The translations under genes and the position numbers were made by a program. From the IMG/VR virus record IMGVR_UViG_3300021338_000003, positions 186,818 to 250,817 of that record: a stretch of 64,000 nucleotides of DNA; one strand, given 5' to 3'. Below, piece by piece: positions 27,262 to 36,855 of the stretch. A model generated the notes under the pieces. That model searched no databases and was not told the origin of the DNA. It saw nothing but the letters and a program-made list of their open reading frames with translations. The first letter of the stretch is position 1, and the number at the start of each line of letters is the position of its first letter.

Positions 27262-28443
27262 ATGGCAAACCCCTACGGAAAGTTTTCGGGTGCTACCACC
27301 CAGATGGTGCTTGCGGGCACTGATGCTCCGGTTGTGAGTGAAGCTCGCAACTTCGGTCGCACTGTCACTGGCTCCGTCCAGCAGTCCGGCTCCGGCCTTG
27401 CGCCCACCTCCCGTGGCCTAGCCCACGGTGGCGGTGAGCGTCTGTTCGGCGCCAATGGCGAGATCAATGCCTCCAGCAAGCGCGAGCTGATGGAGAAGAT
27501 CGGCCTCCTGCTTGACCAAGCCCAGCATGGTGGCTTCGAGCGCCAGATGACCCCCGAGTACAGCCGTGTGGCCCAGGCCCGTGCTGTTGCTCTCGCCGAA
27601 GCCCAGGCCAACCCCGACGGTCCCGGCATGCGGATCATCGCCGAGGCGACCGGCAACGAGGTCTTCGAGACTCTCGGCCGTGATGGTCTCGTGCGTCAGT
27701 TCCTCCTGATCAACGACCTCAATGGTAGTGACGACGTCAACCGCGTCAAGGTCCGGAAGAAGGACGTGTCCGCGGTCATCTCAACCACGAACATCAACAC
27801 CACCAAGCAGATGGTTCGCCAGATGTGGGTGTACCCGGGCGAGTACTACGTCAAGTCCTTCGTCTCCATTGAGGAGAAGGAGCTGTCGCAGAACGGTGCC
27901 GAGATGCTCGACGAGAAGTTCACGGACATGCTTGAGCAGCACATGGTCCAAGAGGACCGGCACATGAAGAGCCACTTCGATGACCAGGTGGGTATCGTCA
28001 ACCCCGGGCTGACCTTCAACAAGTTCACCCCGCTCATCTTCACCCAGGCTCGCGTGGCTGTCGAGGAGCAGGGCAACCCCTGTGTCCGCGCTGCCCTCTC
28101 CTGGGACCTCTGGGTCGACATTCTCGCTGAGCCGGAGTTCGCCAACTACTTTGACCCGGTCCACAAGCACGCTGCCATCCTCGATGGCAAGCTCGGCGCC
28201 ATCCAGAACGTCCAGCTCTACACCGACGGCTTCCGGTACGATACCCTGCAGGTGCTCGGCACCCGTGAGGTCTACTTCACCGGTCCGGCGGCTACGGTCG
28301 GTGTCCTGGGTCAGCGGAGCCCGATCCAGACGAAGGAGACGGATCGCTACAACCTCGGCCAGGCCGAGCGTGGATGGTTCTCCTTCCAGATCCAGTCCAT
28401 GACCACGTTCCCCCGTGCCGTGAGCCGCGCTCGCGGTATCTGA
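27262..28443 (+). CDS. Major capsid protein
   Basis: 393 aa; follows protease, scaffold and decoration genes; extreme C-ending codon bias; strong terminator; HK97-like size. Confidence 0.8.
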   Translation: MANPYGKFSGATTQMVLAGTDAPVVSEARNFGRTVTGSVQQSGSGLAPTSRGLAHGGGERLFGANGEINASSKRELMEKIGLLLDQAQHGGFERQMTPEYSRVAQARAVALAEAQANPDGPGMRIIAEATGNEVFETLGRDGLVRQFLLINDLNGSDDVNRVKVRKKDVSAVISTTNINTTKQMVRQMWVYPGEYYVKSFVSIEEKELSQNGAEMLDEKFTDMLEQHMVQEDRHMKSHFDDQVGIVNPGLTFNKFTPLIFTQARVAVEEQGNPCVRAALSWDLWVDILAEPEFANYFDPVHKHAAILDGKLGAIQNVQLYTDGFRYDTLQVLGTREVYFTGPAATVGVLGQRSPIQTKETDRYNLGQAERGWFSFQIQSMTTFPRAVSRARGI

Positions 28444-28449
28444 ATCGTG

Positions 28450-28480
28450 GGTGCCCCCCTATGGGGGCACCTTTTCTTTT
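28450..28480 (+). terminator. Rho-independent terminator after MCP
   Basis: ggtgccccc-ctat-gggggcacc-ttttctttt; a second hairpin cgggccggg...cccggcccg follows. Confidence 0.85.
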
Positions 28481-28536
28481 CGGGCCGGGTTGTCCCTTTT
28501 GGCGGCCCGGCCCGAATCGTATCAGGGGGTTAGGAA

Positions 28537-28926
28537 ATGGAAATCTCAGCCGAGTGCTACTATTACCCCCAGATGCATGCCGTCGAGTGTACGGTTCGTA
28601 TATACGACGCCGATACATTGGTTCTACCCCAGGACGTCACTTCTCTTGCCGTCTCTCTTGTTCAGGGTCAAGACGTCCTGGGGTCTACTTCTGACCTCGA
28701 CCGCTTCTATGCCAATGAGGATTTCGCCTTTCGAGTCATCTTTTCCCGCCCGACTGCGAACATCCAAACACTCACTATTTCGGTGACCGCAGAACTCTAC
28801 AACGGTGATACCAGCACCGCTGAGTTCACCATAGCAGAGGCAGCTGCCTCTGGGTCTAACGATGACTTCGAGGTCAACCCCCTGCGCAACCAACCCGACA
28901 ACCGCCCCACTAGGCAGGACACCTGA
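28537..28926 (+). CDS. Hypothetical beta-rich (Ig-like?) structural protein
   Basis: AGGA SD; alternating beta-strand pattern. Confidence 0.55.
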   Translation: MEISAECYYYPQMHAVECTVRIYDADTLVLPQDVTSLAVSLVQGQDVLGSTSDLDRFYANEDFAFRVIFSRPTANIQTLTISVTAELYNGDTSTAEFTIAEAAASGSNDDFEVNPLRNQPDNRPTRQDT

Positions 28927-29921
28927 TGCCCCAGAACCCCACCGGACTGGCCTGGTTGGTGCAGAATGTCCTACCCCGGACGTTCCAAGGTATCCTCGGT
29001 AGATGGATGCTCAAGAAACTCTTCGATGCCCTCCGAGACCGGAAGGTACTACCCCGAAGCATCGACCAATGGCTCAAGAAGCCCGTCAAGGACCTGAACC
29101 AGGTGACGGCCGAATGGGACCCCCTAGAGGCACTTCGACTGGTGCCCGAACTTGGTCATGGCACCGTTGAAGCATCTTCTGGGGACCTGATTCAGGAATC
29201 GGTCCGGACCCTCATTCTCGCCACTGTTGGCAGCCCCAAACCAGGCAAATACCCCAAGGGTATCTCCACCAAGGGAAAGGAGGTCTGGGATGACATTGTC
29301 GAGGATTTTGAGAAGGAAATCAAGGACCTGGGTGAGGGTGACCAGGCCCGTGAATGGGCTGCTGCTATCCTTCTCTATCAGCGTCGGGCCAAAAAGGCCC
29401 GAATCCGCCCATTCGGGAAAGGAACCAAAAGACTCTCCCCACACTCCGGAGATGAGGGTCTGGTCAAGAGAAGAGTTCAGAAGAGGCTGTCCAATTCCTA
29501 CAAACGAGGGTTTGCCAAACTCAATGCAGCTCTGGATGCCCTCCCGGGTCGCAAATCTGTACTCCGAGCCATGCAACCCTGGTCTGGCAAGAATGGGTAC
29601 TGGTTTGCGGTCTGCTACCGTGTCTCGGTTAAGGACCTGGGCCGTGAGGAGAAGAAGGGGCTAGAAACCCTCCTCAAATCCAACTTTCGATTTCGCGATG
29701 GAAACAACGGAAGTCTTGTTCACGATGATGCCCGAATGAAGCACATTGTACGCCTTCGCAAGTCCCGACGAGAGTGGCGTCTGTGCCTAGAGTTCTACAT
29801 GACGAATCGTGAGGCTGAGTTGATGACCGGAGAGAAGCATAGGGATGATATCCTTGAGAAGCTCCGTAAGGTCACCAGGATCCTCAAAAAGGAACAAAGA
29901 ATTCCGAGGAGTATGACATGA
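28926..29921 (+). CDS. Basic hypothetical protein
   Basis: 331-aa coupled ORF. Confidence 0.6.
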   Translation: MPQNPTGLAWLVQNVLPRTFQGILGRWMLKKLFDALRDRKVLPRSIDQWLKKPVKDLNQVTAEWDPLEALRLVPELGHGTVEASSGDLIQESVRTLILATVGSPKPGKYPKGISTKGKEVWDDIVEDFEKEIKDLGEGDQAREWAAAILLYQRRAKKARIRPFGKGTKRLSPHSGDEGLVKRRVQKRLSNSYKRGFAKLNAALDALPGRKSVLRAMQPWSGKNGYWFAVCYRVSVKDLGREEKKGLETLLKSNFRFRDGNNGSLVHDDARMKHIVRLRKSRREWRLCLEFYMTNREAELMTGEKHRDDILEKLRKVTRILKKEQRIPRSMT

Positions 29922-30145
29922 ACAACATCCGCCGTATGGTCTCCCGGAAGGTCATGGCATCTGCCGAGAGCGTATATCTGGACCGGATTCGAAATTCCGG
30001 GTTCTTGGCCGACTTTGTCAAGGAGATGAAGGGCACTTCCCAAGAAGCCCGGAATTTCGAGGACCAGTTGAATTCCATGACCCTAGACACCCTCAAGGAA
30101 ATGTTTCCCGAGAGCGAGCTTGCGGAATATGAGGGGGCACGATGA
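29918..30145 (+). CDS. Small hypothetical protein (leader-like N-terminus MNNIRRMVSRKVMAS)
   Basis: ATGA coupling; GAGGAG SD. Confidence 0.55.
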   Translation: MNNIRRMVSRKVMASAESVYLDRIRNSGFLADFVKEMKGTSQEARNFEDQLNSMTLDTLKEMFPESELAEYEGAR

Positions 30146-30570
30146 GCACTGCCTATGGTGTGAACCAACGACACCCTGCCACTGTGGGCCCGGCTGCCAC
30201 GGTCGATGTGGACATCGAAAACATCCAATCGATGTGGAACATCTCCGGGGCAGCTATTACGGTCATAAATACCCATCCGACGGTAGACCTCTCCTACACC
30301 ATCGAGCGGACTCTAGACCTTGGTGCCGGTGTAGACCCTGCGAACGACGGTGTATTCGTGACTGATCTTGGGTCGGGCACTATCTCCGCCGACAATGGCC
30401 AATTGGTCTTCGAACCAAAAATGACCCTCCAAGCTCTTTCTTCTACTCCACGCATTGTGCATAGGATCTCCCTGTCTCATGCAGACGGTGCCGAATCTGT
30501 GGTGGCCCAGTTCATCATTTCCGGCGTGGCATACGTCAATAACCAAACCGACTTTCTAGCCTTTGGGTGA
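30142..30570 (+). CDS. Hypothetical structural protein
   Basis: GAGGGGG SD; beta-rich. Confidence 0.55.
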   Translation: MSTAYGVNQRHPATVGPAATVDVDIENIQSMWNISGAAITVINTHPTVDLSYTIERTLDLGAGVDPANDGVFVTDLGSGTISADNGQLVFEPKMTLQALSSTPRIVHRISLSHADGAESVVAQFIISGVAYVNNQTDFLAFG

Positions 30571-30574
30571 TCCA

Positions 30575-32392
30575 ATGAGCAGCCATCTCGAATCGGCCAT
30601 GCTGGCCTACTCCCGCCTCCACCGGTCCCTGTACAACGAGTGTCGACTGCCCTCCGAAAGACTCGCCCTTCAACGGTTTGACTCTCTGTACCGGAGGGCC
30701 ATTGATCATGAGGATTCTCCTCATGTGAAGGCGGCTGCTGAGGAACTCGATGAGAGTCTTGCCGCCTGGGTTGAGAAGGCCGAAGATGAGATGTCCGTTC
30801 ACGGAGCCCTACAGGACATCATCTCCTTCAATCGGACCGTTGCAGGCAGAAACAAGGCCCGAGGGTCGGAGGCGTCCAAGCGGGTCGCCATTGCGGCCGA
30901 AGCGGCCGGTGTCGAGGCCATGCCCCTAAGCCTCGATGATTTCTGCGAAGCAACCATGGAGGAAATTCTCGTCCATGGCCAATTCGAATGCCCCCTGGGC
31001 GGTGACTACATCAAGCCCCGAGCCACTCTGGACGCTATTCGCCATATGGTGGACGTCCCCGATTGGTGGTTCCAGTCCCAAGTTCGGTCCTCCATGCTGA
31101 CCCGTGGTATTGTGTCCTCTGTCACTGCTACTGATTGGATGAGGATGCGGACTACCATGGCCAAAAACATAGAGGTCAAGCTTCTCAAAGGCATTCTTCC
31201 AACATCCTGCGAAACATCGATCACTATTGGTCGGCCCGAGAATGTGTACCGCGGAGACCTGAGCACTTCGGTTCTCGTCAATGTCACAACGGCCAATGGA
31301 GAGTCCCAGGCCGACCTCATTCTTGAACCCAATTGTCCACCGGTCATTCGGTGGCGGTTCAGCTTCAATGAGTCCTCTTTCAAGCGTCTGATGGGTGTGT
31401 TCTGTTCATGGAAGACCCCCGAGATTGAGGACGAGTCGGAAATGATGCACACCCTAGCCAACGCAGTGAATGACGACCTTCTGGAATCCGCTGATAATCT
31501 CTCTGATGCGTTCCAATTCGGCACCGTCCACCCTAGCGCATTCATCGACGAGGAGGGGTGCTTCATCCTCCATATGAAGGTGTGCCGAACCCGGAATATC
31601 GAAGCACCCCTAGACCCTATTCGTCGTGCCGAGTTCCTCCTCGAACTCCACCAGGAAGATGAAGCTGCGTTTGGATCCAAAAAATCCATGTCCGACGCTG
31701 CACAAAGTGTCGGAGATCAACTCGGATTCGATCTCCTCAAGGTATCCACGTACAACACCCAGTCCCGGACCGTGTACCAATTTTGTGCCGATTTCTGGTG
31801 GTGTTTCGCCGACGTTAAGAATCACCCCGAGAACCTCAATGCAGCCGTCTGCTTGGACATCCTTACCGAGACCATTCTCTCCCTAGGGGATGACAACATC
31901 ACCGAGGACCACAACCTCAAGAATCCCACCGGTGAGAGCGTTCTGGATGAGCAAGACCAGGTGATGAAGCTCATCGACGACATCACCTCGTTCATTCAGT
32001 CACCTGGCCTGGCTCCTCGAACTAAGACCAACTGGGGTCTTGTCCTAAACCACCTCAAGGAAGGCAAAAAGGTCAACCACAAGACGCTGTTCGATACCCT
32101 TCCGAACCGTCTCGAAGTGGCCCGGAAGCAGTCCAATGGTCTTCCTCGGATTAATGCCGGGCGCCTATCCCAGCTCATCATGTCTTCTGGGTTGAAAAAT
32201 CTTGGTGTGGACTCCGAAGACTTCGAGATGGTGGTTGAGCAGGACTGGAAGTGCGGGCGCCCGAGCACCCGTTTGGCGGCTATCCTGGGATCCGACACAT
32301 CAGATAGGGTGAACATCGACTACGCCGGTCCTGATGGAAAGGTGTGGGCTCGGGGCAATGGTTACAACATTGACGTGATCATCTCGGCCTGA
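30575..32392 (+). CDS. Large hypothetical protein (605 aa)
   Basis: Long ORF; no motif recognised. Confidence 0.65.
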   Translation: MSSHLESAMLAYSRLHRSLYNECRLPSERLALQRFDSLYRRAIDHEDSPHVKAAAEELDESLAAWVEKAEDEMSVHGALQDIISFNRTVAGRNKARGSEASKRVAIAAEAAGVEAMPLSLDDFCEATMEEILVHGQFECPLGGDYIKPRATLDAIRHMVDVPDWWFQSQVRSSMLTRGIVSSVTATDWMRMRTTMAKNIEVKLLKGILPTSCETSITIGRPENVYRGDLSTSVLVNVTTANGESQADLILEPNCPPVIRWRFSFNESSFKRLMGVFCSWKTPEIEDESEMMHTLANAVNDDLLESADNLSDAFQFGTVHPSAFIDEEGCFILHMKVCRTRNIEAPLDPIRRAEFLLELHQEDEAAFGSKKSMSDAAQSVGDQLGFDLLKVSTYNTQSRTVYQFCADFWWCFADVKNHPENLNAAVCLDILTETILSLGDDNITEDHNLKNPTGESVLDEQDQVMKLIDDITSFIQSPGLAPRTKTNWGLVLNHLKEGKKVNHKTLFDTLPNRLEVARKQSNGLPRINAGRLSQLIMSSGLKNLGVDSEDFEMVVEQDWKCGRPSTRLAAILGSDTSDRVNIDYAGPDGKVWARGNGYNIDVIISA

Positions 32393-32419
32393 TACACTCT
32401 TGGACTGGAGAAAAACAAA

Positions 32420-32860
32420 ATGGGCAAAATGAACGTGTCCAAAATCAGTGAAGTAACGGCAAAATACGAAGTCCTTGCAAGCCGTCAAGGAATGCATAAT
32501 GACTTTTTGGAGCGCGCCTACAATATACTAGACGACGCAGGAATTGACAGATCGTCCGTCAAGACTGGAACTCACGGAAGAGACTGGTATTGGGTGAGCT
32601 TCGAACTTCCGAAGGGGGACTTGTGGTACGAGTGGAGACCCGGTATCGTCTCTCCAGAGACCCAGTCCGGGGAGTCTATCACACTTCGACGGAGGCACAG
32701 ACATAGCAGGCACCCGTCATCCCCCTCTTCCTTTGGGGACGCCCTGGTGAATGTATACAACCCTGCAGAATCCTCCTTCGGGGATGTCTGGCTCTCCGAC
32801 CAAGATATCAGAAATGCCCATTCCGATATCTTGGACGTAATCGAAGGAAAGTACCTCTGA
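32420..32860 (+). CDS. Hypothetical protein with a leader variant (SKISEVTAKYEVLAS)
   Basis: GGAG SD; member of the leader family. Confidence 0.65.
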   Translation: MGKMNVSKISEVTAKYEVLASRQGMHNDFLERAYNILDDAGIDRSSVKTGTHGRDWYWVSFELPKGDLWYEWRPGIVSPETQSGESITLRRRHRHSRHPSSPSSFGDALVNVYNPAESSFGDVWLSDQDIRNAHSDILDVIEGKYL

Positions 32861-32861
32861 C

Positions 32862-32890
32862 TTGCACTCCATCGGGTGCCATGTTAAAAT
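32862..32890 (+). promoter_or_regulatory. sigma70-type early promoter P3
   Basis: TTGCAC-tccatcgggtgccatgt(17)-TAAAAT. Confidence 0.75.
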
Positions 32891-32911
32891 ACGTACATAG
32901 GAGGACATCCG

Positions 32912-33775
32912 ATGGGATACGAACAGGCACTTTCGACCAAGAAGCTGGCCACCCACTGCATCCTGTGTGGTCAGCCGCTCCGGGACCCCATCTCGGTTGA
33001 GACTGGTGTTGGTCCGATTTGTCGTGCCAAGAACGGCTACAATGAGGCTGGCAACCCCGAGACCCGTGTCCAGTGTAGCAAGCTCATCCATGCTGCTGCT
33101 CAGCCGGGCTTGACTGCCACCGAGGTCTACGACTACGCCGACCAGATCGAGGCCCTCGGGTTCCCTGATGTGGCCGCCAAAATCCGGGAACGGTTCCATC
33201 GGGCCTACGAATACGAGCAGCGGGGAACCCTCCCAATCAAGATGAAGAGGGAGAATTACCGCCAGTGGACCGACGCCATCTGGATGCACATCCCCTACGA
33301 TGCCGAAACAACCAAGAAGTTCAACCAAGCCTTGAAGGACCGCATTTGGTCCAGTTATCGGACGGGCACGAAGGATGACACTGGAACTTTCTGGTGGATC
33401 GTCGACCCGAAGCGGGCTGACGCCGTCGACGCTCTCCTCCGGGAGTTCTATACCGGTCGTATGTGCCACTCCTCGTTCGGAGACTTCATCATCGGCGAGG
33501 AACTCGGAGGTGGTGATACCGAGAAGGCCCCTCAGGAGGAAGCCCCTCCAGTCCCTGGTCCCCCTGCAGCGACGCCCGGAGCCTCTACCCCCTCGTTTGG
33601 AGGTAGTGGCGGAAAGGGAGGCAGCGGCGGCGAGTGGACCCCCATCCCCGGCCCGAGCGGATCCAAGACGTCGACCCCCGATGACCCCATCACCCCCTCG
33701 CGCAGCCCCCGTGAGGTGGCCGCGGAGCGTGGGCGTGCCCGGGCCGAAGAACTTTTGAAATCTCTGGGATTGTGA
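32912..33775 (+). CDS. DUF6011-like Zn-binding early protein
   Basis: CILCGQPLRDPISVETGVGPICR signature; AGGAGG SD; Pro/Gly/Ser-rich tail. Confidence 0.65.
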   Translation: MGYEQALSTKKLATHCILCGQPLRDPISVETGVGPICRAKNGYNEAGNPETRVQCSKLIHAAAQPGLTATEVYDYADQIEALGFPDVAAKIRERFHRAYEYEQRGTLPIKMKRENYRQWTDAIWMHIPYDAETTKKFNQALKDRIWSSYRTGTKDDTGTFWWIVDPKRADAVDALLREFYTGRMCHSSFGDFIIGEELGGGDTEKAPQEEAPPVPGPPAATPGASTPSFGGSGGKGGSGGEWTPIPGPSGSKTSTPDDPITPSRSPREVAAERGRARAEELLKSLGL

Positions 33776-34374
33776 TGGACCCTCGGCTACTACCCTTCGA
33801 CACCTGGTACAAAGCCAGGTTGCGCTCCGACGCCCCCAAGGATGTGGCCGACATTTTCCGAGGCCACACCAGGCCCTTCGTATATCTGCTCCGCACCCCA
33901 AGCAACATTCCAGTGCCCCGCTTCAAATTGGGCCGATTTGTTGCCTGGAGCGGGGCAGATCGTACCCATGGTCACCTGACCGCGGAAAAGATTAGGGACT
34001 CCTTCGAAATCCTTCAGGTCCATGACGACCAGGAAAACCTCAATGAACGGACCAAGAGATTGTTCCGCAGGAAAAAGCAAATGAGCAAGATGGACGAAGT
34101 TGTTGCGAAGTACGAGAACGAGGTCACAGCCTCCCAGAATGGCCAATTCTACAACGATGAGGGGGAGGAACTTGACGCAGAAGAAGTTGAGAGTCATGTC
34201 GAAGCCACTCTCAAGGAGTTGGAGAAGCTCAAGAAGCAGACAGAAGACTTCCAACGTAAGCTCAAGGCCGGCAGTCTGAAAACGGAGGATGGGTTTATGT
34301 CGTTCATGTCCGTGATCATCCATGGGTATGACCAAACGGGACCTGTGGGCATCAGCTTCGAGTCCAACGATTAG
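33772..34374 (+). CDS. Hypothetical protein with a probable internal second start at 34081 (MSKMDEVVAKYENEVTAS)
   Basis: The internal ATG is preceded by AGGA and begins a leader-family peptide. Confidence 0.55.
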   Translation: MMDPRLLPFDTWYKARLRSDAPKDVADIFRGHTRPFVYLLRTPSNIPVPRFKLGRFVAWSGADRTHGHLTAEKIRDSFEILQVHDDQENLNERTKRLFRRKKQMSKMDEVVAKYENEVTASQNGQFYNDEGEELDAEEVESHVEATLKELEKLKKQTEDFQRKLKAGSLKTEDGFMSFMSVIIHGYDQTGPVGISFESND

Positions 34375-34396
34375 CCGTCCTTCCTAGAGACGGTTG

Positions 34397-34425
34397 AGCC
34401 CCGGTAGGATAATCCCTCCGGGGCT
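34397..34425. terminator. Hairpin between convergent genes
   Basis: agccccgg-13 nt-ccggggct followed by tattt. Confidence 0.65.
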
Positions 34426-34449
34426 TATTTGTATTCAGTCAAGATTGAA

Positions 34450-35310
34450 TCAGCTGGACATCTTCCAGCCTTCGTCATCCTCCAATTCGGACATAGCCTT
34501 CTCCCAATCCGATGGGTGAACCTTCAGGGCCCGCATGGTCTGGTTCATTTCATTGGATACCTGACGAGTGTTGGTAATGGCCCGTCCAGCCAGGGACAAA
34601 CGTTCGGTAACCTTGATTACATCCTTGAGGATGTCGGTCTTCGAACGACTGTAGAGGTAGGGAATGAGACGGCCGATGGCCACCGACATCACGACAGCAG
34701 TGGCTGCCATACCCACGTCTTTGATGAGCCCTACCTTGAGGTACTTGAGAACTCCACGGGCCAGGCTATCTACGACACGACCAGCACGGTCCTTGCGCTT
34801 CTGAAGAAGGGTGTTGTTGACCGAGGCAGCTGTCTTGAAGAAGACTTCCAAGTCACGCTCGGAAGCAGACGTTCCCAGGGCTCCCAGGAGCTGGGATATA
34901 GCCTCGACATTTCCAGCCATTTCATCTTTCCAGAAGGTTACCATGGTGCGGAGGTACAAGGTCAGAACACGCATCAGGACGGTCACTGCGAGGTAGGCCC
35001 CTGCCTGCCCCAGCCATGCCGGGATGGCGGCCTCGACCTGCTTGCGCTCAATGAGATGGGACAGTCGAGTGGCAGCCGTGGCCTTGGTCTTACCGTCGGC
35101 ACCAGGCTCGTCCTTGGAATTCCACTCATCATCGACCTCTTCGAAGAAGTCCTTCTTCTCGCTGTCAGACAGGTCCGAAATCTCATCGATTCCATGCTCC
35201 TTCATCTGACCCTTCATATAATTCTGCCAGTCCTTCTCATGCTCGGTCGTGGCAGGATTTCCATCCTTAGCCACCCGGTAGCGATCGACGACATCTTTGA
35301 TCGACATCAT
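34450..35310 (-). CDS. Hypothetical protein with the MSIKDVVDRY leader and internal VEAAIPAWL
   Basis: AGGAG SD; start overlaps the upstream stop. Confidence 0.7.
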   Translation of the reverse strand: MMSIKDVVDRYRVAKDGNPATTEHEKDWQNYMKGQMKEHGIDEISDLSDSEKKDFFEEVDDEWNSKDEPGADGKTKATAATRLSHLIERKQVEAAIPAWLGQAGAYLAVTVLMRVLTLYLRTMVTFWKDEMAGNVEAISQLLGALGTSASERDLEVFFKTAASVNNTLLQKRKDRAGRVVDSLARGVLKYLKVGLIKDVGMAATAVVMSVAIGRLIPYLYSRSKTDILKDVIKVTERLSLAGRAITNTRQVSNEMNQTMRALKVHPSDWEKAMSELEDDEGWKMSS

Positions 35311-35801
35311 GTCTCCTGGTATTTGCGGATGACTTCGCGAAGACATGCCACCCGGGCGAATGTTGTTTCGACTATATCCACCAAGGCGTCTTTTCCTTGG
35401 TCAGACACGAAATCCACTACCGATCCGTACCCGGACTGGGCACGAACAGTCAGCACCATGCGCCCCACGTCCTGGGACGTCACATCCGGACCACGCCAAA
35501 CAGCATGGACCAAAAGCGAATCCAGGTCCATCAATGGGACCCGGAGCTGGCCGAGGGCCTGCTTCGTGGCCCTCCACTTGTAGTGGTTGGTTACCTGGGG
35601 CGGAGCGGGGTTCATGTCCGCCAAAGCCCGGTCGAAGGGGAGCGCAGCCTCAGAAGTCAAAGCCGCCTCTTGGACCCGCATGTCCACTAGTCCACGAGCA
35701 AACTCCGGGAGTTCACTGTAGGCCAGATACGAGTCCGCCAATGAGGAGGCGAAAACCACCTGCATCATTGGCGAAAGAAAGGGTCTCACGGCCAACCCCA
35801 C
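35307..35801 (-). CDS. Hypothetical protein
   Basis: Coupled ORF on the minus strand. Confidence 0.5.
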   Translation of the reverse strand: MGLAVRPFLSPMMQVVFASSLADSYLAYSELPEFARGLVDMRVQEAALTSEAALPFDRALADMNPAPPQVTNHYKWRATKQALGQLRVPLMDLDSLLVHAVWRGPDVTSQDVGRMVLTVRAQSGYGSVVDFVSDQGKDALVDIVETTFARVACLREVIRKYQET

Positions 35802-35822
35802 TAGGCTGCCGCGGATGACTGT

Positions 35823-36806
35823 TCAGTCAACCACGAGCTTGTCGACGTCCACCTGCCACTCATACCCAATACCATTGTGCATGGCAAGGATCATCTCGTT
35901 GGGACCAGTAGTGAGCACCTTCCCAGAGGCAATCCGAAGAGTATCGGCCCAGGCCAGAGCCGAAGCACCATCCATGGCACCAGCCACAACCAGGAAGGCC
36001 ACCAGTTCATCACGACCGCCCGTGACGGACTGACGGGAGGTGAGCTGCTCGGCATACCCAGCATCACCGAACGCCTCGGCGTAGTACTGACGGAGCTTTC
36101 CAAGAGTGTTCTGGTCCAGTTCGGTGGACGCTACCATCTCGGCAACCTGATTGACGTGGATACGGCTGTTCTCTTCACGACCGGTGATGCGAACGGCTAT
36201 CATGCCGTGAGCGTCAGCCTCAGACTGCACGCTGCCGACCTTCTCCTCACCATATTCGTTGAAGAAGATGACCTGGGCACCAACAACAGGCAAAGGACGA
36301 CCCTGATCGAGAGAAGCAAGGCTCACAGCCCGCTTGCCAACCCGGCTCATCGAGGACTGAAGCTTACGCTCAGCGAGGATGGACTCCAGGTCCTCCTCAG
36401 CCACCCGGTACAGGACAGGGGTGCCACCGTTGTCGGCGACCTCCCATACATCACTGGAACGGGCCTCGATGAAGCGAGACGGACCGTTCGGAATCATCCG
36501 CTCGCGATCGTCGATGGGACGAGTCACCGTGGCTTGAGTCACGTTGAGACTGACGGCTTCGGACCCAGCATGGATTTTGAGGGTGCCCATGTGGGGACGA
36601 ATCCGACCCTTGAAGGACATCGTAATGAAATCCGAGATGTCCTCGGAGGAGGGGTTGCCCACCCCCTTGTCGAAAGCAACCAGAACAGTTGCTAGGTCCG
36701 AACCCGCCATGCGAGTATCGATGAGGGACAGGTCAGCACGATGACCCACATCAGTAGCAATGCGGGAGGCGACCCGAGAAGCAATGCGATCAACTGCGTT
36801 GGGCAT
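35823..36806 (-). CDS. Putative virion/head protein
   Basis: GGAG SD before MPNAVDRIASRVAS; strongly biased codons as in structural genes. Confidence 0.6.
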   Translation of the reverse strand: MPNAVDRIASRVASRIATDVGHRADLSLIDTRMAGSDLATVLVAFDKGVGNPSSEDISDFITMSFKGRIRPHMGTLKIHAGSEAVSLNVTQATVTRPIDDRERMIPNGPSRFIEARSSDVWEVADNGGTPVLYRVAEEDLESILAERKLQSSMSRVGKRAVSLASLDQGRPLPVVGAQVIFFNEYGEEKVGSVQSEADAHGMIAVRITGREENSRIHVNQVAEMVASTELDQNTLGKLRQYYAEAFGDAGYAEQLTSRQSVTGGRDELVAFLVVAGAMDGASALAWADTLRIASGKVLTTGPNEMILAMHNGIGYEWQVDVDKLVVD

Positions 36807-36855
36807 TTCGTTCTCCATGTGGAAGATATGGCTTGGGTGATTGATGGCCTTGGGC

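Noticed and set aside
32717-35583. Long opposite-strand ORFs 32717..33901(-) and 34429..35583(+)
   Set aside because: They overlap better-supported genes that have SD sequences, a promoter and motifs; typical GC-rich shadow ORFs.
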